From assembly GCA_003242195.1 (NCBI GenBank), contig QGUQ01000001.1, positions 1 through 26,968 on the forward strand: a stretch of DNA of 26,968 nt. Direction: 5' to 3'. The stretch comes from Bacillota bacterium (GTDB lineage: Bacteria > Bacillota > Sulfobacillia > Thermaerobacterales > Thermaerobacteraceae). Positions 21,497 through 26,968 of the stretch are shown piece after piece. Numbering within the stretch: the first letter of the stretch is position 1; each line of letters starts with the position of its first letter. The translations under genes were made by a program, and so were the position numbers. The notes under the pieces were generated by a model that was not told the origin of the DNA, did no database searches, and saw only the letters and a list, made by a program, of their open reading frames with translations.

Positions 21497-22189
21497 GTGC
21501 CCGAGACGTTGCTGGTCTTCATCCGCTCGGTGCTGGCCTTCGTGTGGCTGTTCTTCCTGACGCGGCTGGTGGGGCGGAAGCAGGTGTCGGAGCTGTCCTT
21601 CACCGAGTACGTGGTCGGAATCACCATCGGGTCGATAGCGGCCCAGGCGTCCACCGACCCGCAAAACCGCTTCCTGGACGGCGTCGTCGGCGTAGCGGTG
21701 TGGGCGCTGGCCGCCGTCGGCCTCAGTTACGTCCAGCTCAAGAGCAAGGCGGCCCGCAAGTTCATCGAAGGCGAGCCGATCGTCGTCATCGCCCGGGGCA
21801 AGATCAGCAAGCAGGGCTTGCGCCAGGCGCGCCTCTCCACCAGCGAGCTGATGGACCTGCTGCGCCAGCGGGATGTGTTCGACCTCCAGCAGGTGGACTG
21901 GGCTCTCCTGGAGACCGACGGACAGCTGACGGTCCTGAAGAAGCCGGAGTACCAGCCTCTCACGCCCAAGACGGCCGGGCTGCCGTCGGAGTCCGGCGGC
22001 TTGCCGCGGGTGGTGGTGGCGGACGGGGAGGTCTTGACGGACGCGCTCCGGGCGGCCGGCAAGGACCGGACCTGGCTCCAGCGGGAACTGGCACGGGAGG
22101 GTGTGGACGACGTCCGGGAGGTCATGCTGGCCCAGGTGGTGGACAACCGGTTGCACGTCTACCGGCGCGCACCTTCGCGCAAGGGATAA
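21497..22189 (+). CDS. DUF421/YetF-family membrane protein
   Basis: RLVGRKQVSELSFTEYVVGITIGSIAA, IEGEPIVVIARGKI, LMDLLRQRDVFDLQQVDWALLETDGQLTVLKK, VVADGEV, WLQRELAREG; start GTG 21497. Confidence 0.88.
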   Translation: MPETLLVFIRSVLAFVWLFFLTRLVGRKQVSELSFTEYVVGITIGSIAAQASTDPQNRFLDGVVGVAVWALAAVGLSYVQLKSKAARKFIEGEPIVVIARGKISKQGLRQARLSTSELMDLLRQRDVFDLQQVDWALLETDGQLTVLKKPEYQPLTPKTAGLPSESGGLPRVVVADGEVLTDALRAAGKDRTWLQRELAREGVDDVREVMLAQVVDNRLHVYRRAPSRKG

Positions 22190-22222
22190 CGGTGGTAAGG
22201 TCGCCGGCCCGCCGTCCGGTCG

Positions 22223-22499
22223 TCCCCCGATGGCCGGGTTCCCGTTGCCCCGCCCCCTAGCGCCCTCCCTTCTCACGATCAATTCGGTTTTCGAAGGAAG
22301 CAGGGTTCTGGCCGCTCATGTTGAATGTCGGGTTCAGATAGTAGGATAGTGGTCCCAGACCCTCGGGTACGGCCAGGGGATTGCCTGCCGGCCCGGAGGA
22401 TGAAACTTTCCAAGGTTCCGGCGACAGTTTCCGGCCCGGGCATCACGCCGGGCGGTTTCCTCTGCCCCGCCCGCCCGGTTCGGGCCGGAATCCATACCC
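22223..22499. ncRNA. Candidate structured non-coding RNA, class unassigned
   Basis: Several 6-10 bp complementary segments, no credible ORF, and a + strand terminator downstream (see findings). Confidence 0.3.
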
Positions 22500-22508
22500 A
22501 TGCCCCCA

Positions 22509-22549
22509 GCAGAGGCGATTGCGCCGGCGCGCAGCGCCTCTGCCTTTTT
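22509..22549 (+). terminator. Rho-independent terminator (+ strand)
   Basis: GCAGAGGCG (22509-17) / CGCCTCTGC (22535-43), then CTTTTT. Confidence 0.72.
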
Positions 22550-22616
22550 GTGCCCCTCCGGCGCCCCGTTCGGTGGACCGGCGCCCGCCCCGCTGGCGGC
22601 GGGACGGGCGCCGCTG

Positions 22617-23123
22617 TCATCGGCCGCCCACAGGCTCCAGCGGGATCCCCGCCTCTTCCAGGAAGCGCACGGCCAGTTCGTCCGGGTACCAGTCCCGGTA
22701 CACGATGCGGGTGACGCCGGCGCCGATCAGCATCTTGGCGCAATTGAGGCACGGCGTGGCGGTCGTGTAGAGCGTGCTCCCCTTCACGGTGACGCCGTGG
22801 AGGGCCGCCTGCAGGATGGCGTTCACCTCGGCGTGGATGGTGCGCACGCAGTGACCGTCCTTCATCAGGCAGCCCTGCTCCGTGCAGTGGGGAAATCCCG
22901 GCGGCGCGCCGTTGTAGCCCGTGGCCAGGATCCGCCGGTCTCGTACCAGCACGGCACCCACGTGCCGGCGGGGACACGTGGATCGCTTGGCCACCACCTC
23001 TGCCAGCTCCATGAAGTAGGCGTCCCAGCTCGGCCGCTCGTCGGCACCCGCGCCTTCCGGGGCCGGCCCGCCAGGAGCGCCGTCCCCACCCGGGGCCGCG
23101 GGCACCCGCCTACCCGTGACCAT
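22617..23123 (-). CDS. dCMP deaminase / ComEB-like Zn-dependent deaminase
   Basis: RPSWDAYFM, RSTCPRRHVGAV, TGYNG, TIHAEVNAI (HAE), PCLNC (PCxxC); [10 protein letters not shown] before ATG 23123. Confidence 0.9.
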   Translation of the reverse strand: MVTGRRVPAAPGGDGAPGGPAPEGAGADERPSWDAYFMELAEVVAKRSTCPRRHVGAVLVRDRRILATGYNGAPPGFPHCTEQGCLMKDGHCVRTIHAEVNAILQAALHGVTVKGSTLYTTATPCLNCAKMLIGAGVTRIVYRDWYPDELAVRFLEEAGIPLEPVGGR

Positions 23124-23220
23124 GCCGGCATTCCTCCTTCCCGATCTCCTCCGCCCACCAGAGCCCCCGCCCGCCCTCACCCCCTGCCGCGGCCGCAGCT
23201 GGCGCCGCGCGCTCGGCGCG

Positions 23221-23249
23221 TTGCCGGGCGCCGGAACCGCGGCTACAAT
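23221..23249 (+). promoter_or_regulatory. SigmaA-type promoter for the DUF2203 gene
   Basis: TTGCCG (23221-26), 17 nt, TACAAT (23244-49). Confidence 0.65.
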
Positions 23250-23315
23250 AAGACACAACCCGCATGCGGCAAGGCCCTTACTGATCCCGGGCCGGTAGCG
23301 GGCGAGGTGAGAGGC

Positions 23316-23747
23316 ATGGCAAGGACCGGCAGGCGTCGGCTGTTCACGCCCGAGGAAGCCACCGCGCTCCTCCCCGAGATCCGCCAGCGGCTGCTGCGGC
23401 TGCGGCGGCTTTACCAGCAAGCCCGCGACTGTTACCGGGAGATGGAGCAGATCAAGGCCGTGGGCTACAAGCCGGACGGCTCCCTGATCATGGCCTACGA
23501 CTACGAGCTGGCCCGGCGCGCCCTGCGGGAATCGGTGGAGCAGGCGAACCGTCTCCTGGCAGAGATCCACTCCCTGGGTTGCCTGGTCAAGGACGTGGAA
23601 CTGGGACTCGTTGACTTCCCCGCCCGCATCAACGGCAAGCCGGTCCTGCTATGCTGGCGGCTCGGCGAGCCGCGGGTTGCCTACTACCACGGGGAGCATG
23701 AAGGCTTCCGCGGCCGCAAGCCCATTCCCGGCACCGACGGCCGATGA
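23316..23747 (+). CDS. DUF2203 family protein
   Basis: RLFTPEEATALLP…GCLVKDVELGLVDFPA…VLLCWRLGEPRVAYYH…GFRGRKPI; GAGGTGA RBS before ATG 23316. Confidence 0.85.
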   Translation: MARTGRRRLFTPEEATALLPEIRQRLLRLRRLYQQARDCYREMEQIKAVGYKPDGSLIMAYDYELARRALRESVEQANRLLAEIHSLGCLVKDVELGLVDFPARINGKPVLLCWRLGEPRVAYYHGEHEGFRGRKPIPGTDGR

Positions 23748-23753
23748 AACCGG

Positions 23754-24386
23754 TCAACGGAGGAACGGGTTGTGGGCCGCCTCCTCGCCGACGGTGGTGG
23801 CGGGCCCGTGCCCGGGGTAGACGGCGGTCTCGGCCGGCAACGTCAACAGCTGCCGGCGGATGCTGGCGATCAGCGTGGCATGGTCGGCGCCCGGCAAGTC
23901 CGTACGGCCGATGCTGCCCGCGAACAGCGTGTCGCCGGCGAAGACCGCTCCCGGGATGACGTACACCACGTGCCCCGGGCTGTGGCCAGGAGCGAAACGC
24001 ACCTCGAAGGAGAGCCCGCCGAACTCCAGCCGTTCCCCGCCCTGCAAGAGCCGGTCCGCCGGCGGTGCCACCACCGGCTCGACCAGGACGGACAGGTTCC
24101 GGGTGGGATCGCCGAGCCAGTCCTGTTCGTTGGCATGGATCCAGGCGGGAGCGCCCGTCTCCCGCTTGAGCAGCTCCAGACCCGCAATGTGATCGAAGTG
24201 GGCATGGGTAAGCAGGATCGCCGCGAGCCGATAGCCCTCCACCGCCTCCAGCATGGGCTCCGGGTCGTGGGGCGCGTCGATGATCACGGCGGTGCGGCTC
24301 TCTTCGTGGACGATCACATAGCCATTGGCCTGGACCGGTCCGAGGGTGAAGCTACGAATCCGAACACGACCGTCTCCCGGCATCAC
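23754..24386 (-). CDS. MBL-fold metallo-hydrolase (glyoxalase II/YcbL-like)
   Basis: LGPVQANGY, THAHFDHIAG (HxHxDH), PGHSPG, FAGDTLFAGSIGRTDLPG, YPGHGPATT; GGAGG 8 nt before GTG 24386. Confidence 0.92.
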   Translation of the reverse strand: MMPGDGRVRIRSFTLGPVQANGYVIVHEESRTAVIIDAPHDPEPMLEAVEGYRLAAILLTHAHFDHIAGLELLKRETGAPAWIHANEQDWLGDPTRNLSVLVEPVVAPPADRLLQGGERLEFGGLSFEVRFAPGHSPGHVVYVIPGAVFAGDTLFAGSIGRTDLPGADHATLIASIRRQLLTLPAETAVYPGHGPATTVGEEAAHNPFLR

Positions 24387-24638
24387 CGTCACCGCCTCCG
24401 TTCCCGGTTTTGTCAAGCATCATCCAGCCTTCCGCCAACGGCGTCAACCGCCGTGGGCAACTTGGCTGGAGACAAGCCCGCATTACGAGACGCCGCGGGG
24501 TCTCCCCCTGCGGTGCCCACCCCAGCTCGACCCCCCAACCGGCAGGCCGCAAGCCGCCGGCGGCGAAAGTCCCCACACGGACTCTCCGGTCCCCCGGGCT
24601 CCGAAGCCCCGGGGGGTCCGGTGACGGAGGTGAGGACC

Positions 24639-25013
24639 GTGCCCGGGCCGGATGGCGGGCTGACCCGGCCGGTGATGTGGTACTACCCCGGCTGAACGTC
24701 CTGTCGCAAGGCGGAAGCGTGGCTTTCGCAAAGAGGCATCGACGTCGAGAGGCGGCATATCTGGCACAAGCCCCCGACGCGGGAGGAACTAGCGGCCCTC
24801 GCCCGCCTGCTGGGCAGCCCGGAACCCCTCCTCTCCCGCCGCAGCACCCGGTTCCGGGAGCTGCAGCCGGATCAAGAGCAGCTGCAGGGCGACAGGTTGC
24901 TGGACCTGCTGGCGGCCGAGCCCAAGCTGCTGCGCCGCCCCATCATCACCGACGGGCGGCGCGTGGTGGTGGGCTATGACGAGGCGGCGTTGGCCGCTAT
25001 GTTCGGCGCCTGA
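24639..25013 (+). CDS. Spx/MgsR-ArsC family protein with in-frame TGA at the first Cys of CxxC (probable selenoprotein, UxxC)
   Basis: GGAGGTGA RBS and GTG 24639. Translation: MPGPDGGLTRPVMWYYPG-U(TGA 24693-95)-TSCRKAEAWLSQRGIDVERRHIWHKPPTREELAALARLLGSPEPLLSRRSTRFRELQPDQEQLQGDRLLDLLAAEPKLLRRPIITDGRRVVVGYDEAALAAMFGA*. Collinear with B. subtilis Spx (YTSPSCTSCRKARAWL…STRS…LLRRPIIIDEKRLQVGYNE). Confidence 0.88.
24696..24745 (+). promoter_or_regulatory. Candidate bacterial SECIS element
   Basis: Starts right after the UGA: ACGUC/GACGU, UGUC/GGCA, then an 8-bp GCGGAAGC/GCUUUCGC stem with a GUG apical loop beginning 24 nt after the UGA. Confidence 0.75.
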
Positions 25014-25213
25014 TGGGATCGGTGGGGCGACGGGCGAGCGCTGGCCTGACCGCTGGCCCGCGCCCCTACCGCGTCCCTACGGGGTCGTGCAGGCCGCTTC
25101 ACCCGGCTGCCCGGGCCCGTGGAAGGTGATGCGCCCCGCCGTTCCCGCAGGTCTCGCAACGCCGACAACCGCCCTTTGCCCGTGGGGGCCGGGCGTTCCC
25201 GGTCGAACAGCGC

Positions 25214-25861
25214 CTACGGGGTCCCGTATGCCAGGGTCCAGAACTCGATCTCGAACTCCACCACACGCTGGAAGAGCCGCCGCAGGTGGTCTTCTTCCTC
25301 AGGTCGCACATCCAGGGCATCGAAGTCCGCCCGCATCCCCTCGACGAACGCCTCGAACTCGGGCGTGGCGTGCAACTCGATCCAGCGGCGGTAGGGCATA
25401 AACTCGGGATAGGACCTCCCGGCGGCCAGTGCCCAGTCCAGGTAGATCCATTCCACGGGAAGCAACACGGCCAGGCCCTCCGCATACCCGCCGAGCCCCG
25501 TGGCCCGCAGCAGGAAATCGCAAAAACACTCGGTGAGCGGCTCCGGCTTCGCCTCGCCCCACGCCGCCGGCGGAATCCCCAGGGCATCGAAGGTCTCACG
25601 GAAGAAGGCGTCCTCCGCCCCCGTCAGGACCTGGAGGAACTGCACGAACCGGCGCTTCCGGTCCATGCCGGGCGCCTTGGCCACCAAATAGGCCACGGCA
25701 TCCACCAGCGTGCCCACGAAGAGGTAATCCTGGATTACATACCGAGCAAACCGCTCCCGGGACAGCGTCCCCGCCACCAGCTCGCGGACGAAGGGGTGGT
25801 TCGTCGCCTCCTGCCAGCGGGAGGCTTGCCGGAACCGCTCCGATCGGCCGATCGGCTGCAT
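25214..25861 (-). CDS. tenA: TenA family thiamine-salvage protein (TenA_E-like, no catalytic Cys)
   Basis: HPFVRELVAGTL, FARYVIQDYLF, LLPVEWIYLDWA, WIELHA, EIEFWTLAY. Confidence 0.85.
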   Translation of the reverse strand: MQPIGRSERFRQASRWQEATNHPFVRELVAGTLSRERFARYVIQDYLFVGTLVDAVAYLVAKAPGMDRKRRFVQFLQVLTGAEDAFFRETFDALGIPPAAWGEAKPEPLTECFCDFLLRATGLGGYAEGLAVLLPVEWIYLDWALAAGRSYPEFMPYRRWIELHATPEFEAFVEGMRADFDALDVRPEEEDHLRRLFQRVVEFEIEFWTLAYGTP

Positions 25862-25923
25862 GACGCGTCCCCCCTGCCCTCCACCAGAGCATCCTGCATC
25901 TCTGGCGGCCCCAAGGCGGAGCC

Positions 25924-26889
25924 TCAGCTGGCGCCCCGGGCGGCCGGCGCCGCACCGGGCACCCCGGGCTCGCAGGGGCCGGCTCCCTCGCCCCCCGGCG
26001 TCGCCGGTTCTTCGGCGGCATGGGCCCGCAGCCGGGCCCGGTCCGCCTGCTCGTGGGCGTGATAGGAGCTGCGCACCAGCGGCCCCGACTCCACATGGGA
26101 GAAGCCCAGCTCCAGGCCGATCCGTTTGAGCTCGGCGAACTCGTCAGGGTGATAGTACTTCTCCACCGGCAGGTGGAGCGGGCTCGCCGTCGGCCGCAGG
26201 TACTGGCCGATGGTGACGATGTCCACCCCCACGGCCCGCAGGTCCCGCAGCGTCTCGATGATCTCGTCCCAGGTCTCGCCCAGGCCGAGCATGATGCCCG
26301 ACTTCGTGCGGATCTCGGGTGCGCGACGCTTGGATTCGGCCAGCAGGGCCAGGGAACGGTCGTACTTGGCCCGGGACCGCACCTTGTCGGAGAGCCGCCG
26401 CACCGTCTCCAGGTTGTGGTTCAGGATGTCCGGCCGGGCGTCCAGCACCACCTGGAGGGCGTCCCAGTCGCCGTTGAAATCGGGGATCAGGACCTCCACC
26501 GCCGTCCCCGGGCAGCGGCGCCGGATGGCGCGGATGGTCTCGGCGAAGATCGACGCGCCCCCGTCCCGCAGATCGTCCCGGGCCACCGACGTCACCACCA
26601 CGTGCTGCAGGCCCAGGCGCTCGACGGCGGCCGCCACGCGCTCGGGTTCCGCCAGGTCCAGCTCCGTGGGCCGGCCCGTGGTGACGGCACAGAAACGGCA
26701 GGCCCGGGTGCAGATGTTCCCCAGGATCATGAAGGTCGCCGTCAGGTTCTCGAAGCACTCGTAGATGTTGGGACAGCGGGCCTCCTCGCAGACGGTGTGC
26801 AGGTCCATGTCCCGCAGCAGGCGCTTGAGCCGGTTGTAATGGGGACCCCGCGCCAGCTTGACCTTGAGCCACGCTGGCCTTGGATTCAT
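25924..26889 (-). CDS. lipA: Lipoyl synthase
   Basis: [12 protein letters not shown] (CX4CX5C), CTRACRFC (radical SAM), [26 protein letters not shown]; GGAGGAG RBS. Confidence 0.97.
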   Translation of the reverse strand: MNPRPAWLKVKLARGPHYNRLKRLLRDMDLHTVCEEARCPNIYECFENLTATFMILGNICTRACRFCAVTTGRPTELDLAEPERVAAAVERLGLQHVVVTSVARDDLRDGGASIFAETIRAIRRRCPGTAVEVLIPDFNGDWDALQVVLDARPDILNHNLETVRRLSDKVRSRAKYDRSLALLAESKRRAPEIRTKSGIMLGLGETWDEIIETLRDLRAVGVDIVTIGQYLRPTASPLHLPVEKYYHPDEFAELKRIGLELGFSHVESGPLVRSSYHAHEQADRARLRAHAAEEPATPGGEGAGPCEPGVPGAAPAARGAS

Positions 26890-26935
26890 ACCCTCTCCTC
26901 CCTTTTTGTCCGCCTTACAACCATGTGAGACAACA

Positions 26936-26968
26936 TCACCTCTGCAGCACCACAGCAGGATCGATGAC
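26936..26968 (-). CDS. Possible 3' end of a gene upstream of lipA (…[10 protein letters not shown])
   Basis: Open frame from the window edge to TGA at 26938-26936; too short to identify. Confidence 0.25.
   Translation of the reverse strand, partial: VIDPAVVLQR

Noticed and set aside
22279-22443. Small minus-strand ORF MPGPETVAG…LRKPN
   Set aside because: GC3 is unlike neighbouring genes, there is no clear RBS, and I recognise no family.
22223-22499. Assignment as 6S RNA, SRP RNA, RNase P, tmRNA or a SAM/TPP riboswitch
   Set aside because: Only fragments resemble these (GAAGGAAGCAG without CAGG; GAGGAAAC rather than GAGGAAAGUCC; CUGAACC without a partner strand). Kept as an unassigned candidate.
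24693-24695. TGA as a simple nonsense mutation in a pseudogene
   Set aside because: It falls exactly on the redox Cys, the rest of the gene is intact, and a SECIS-like hairpin follows. Not fully excluded without seeing sel genes.

Overview
High-GC bacterial chromosomal window. The GlpP antiterminator, Spx/ArsC-type protein and DUF421/DUF1657 genes suggest a high-GC, probably spore-forming Firmicute; this is inference. In order: a putative glycolipid-binding-domain gene (+); a minus-strand glycerol operon glpP-[leader terminator]-glpF-dhaK-dhaL-dhaM-glpK-glpD; a minus-strand phosphate cluster phoR-pstS-pstC-pstA-pstB-phoU with no phoP; a cupredoxin lipoprotein; a decayed crcB/fluc pseudogene; alkaline phosphatase; a yybP-ykoY Mn riboswitch ahead of a TerC-family gene; fumC; a divergent DUF1657-DUF4363-serine hydrolase / DUF421 module with sigmaF-like promoters; a structured 330-bp intergenic segment; dCMP deaminase; DUF2203; an MBL hydrolase; tenA; lipA. 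The top finding is absent from the ORF track: an Spx/ArsC-family gene at 24639-25013 whose redox CxxC motif is encoded TGA-x-x-TGT and is followed at once by a long SECIS-like hairpin, i.e. a probable selenocysteine (UxxC) Spx-like protein. I saw no tRNA, rRNA, CRISPR array, transposase or integrase. Many start codons were re-chosen from RBS context and are approximate.
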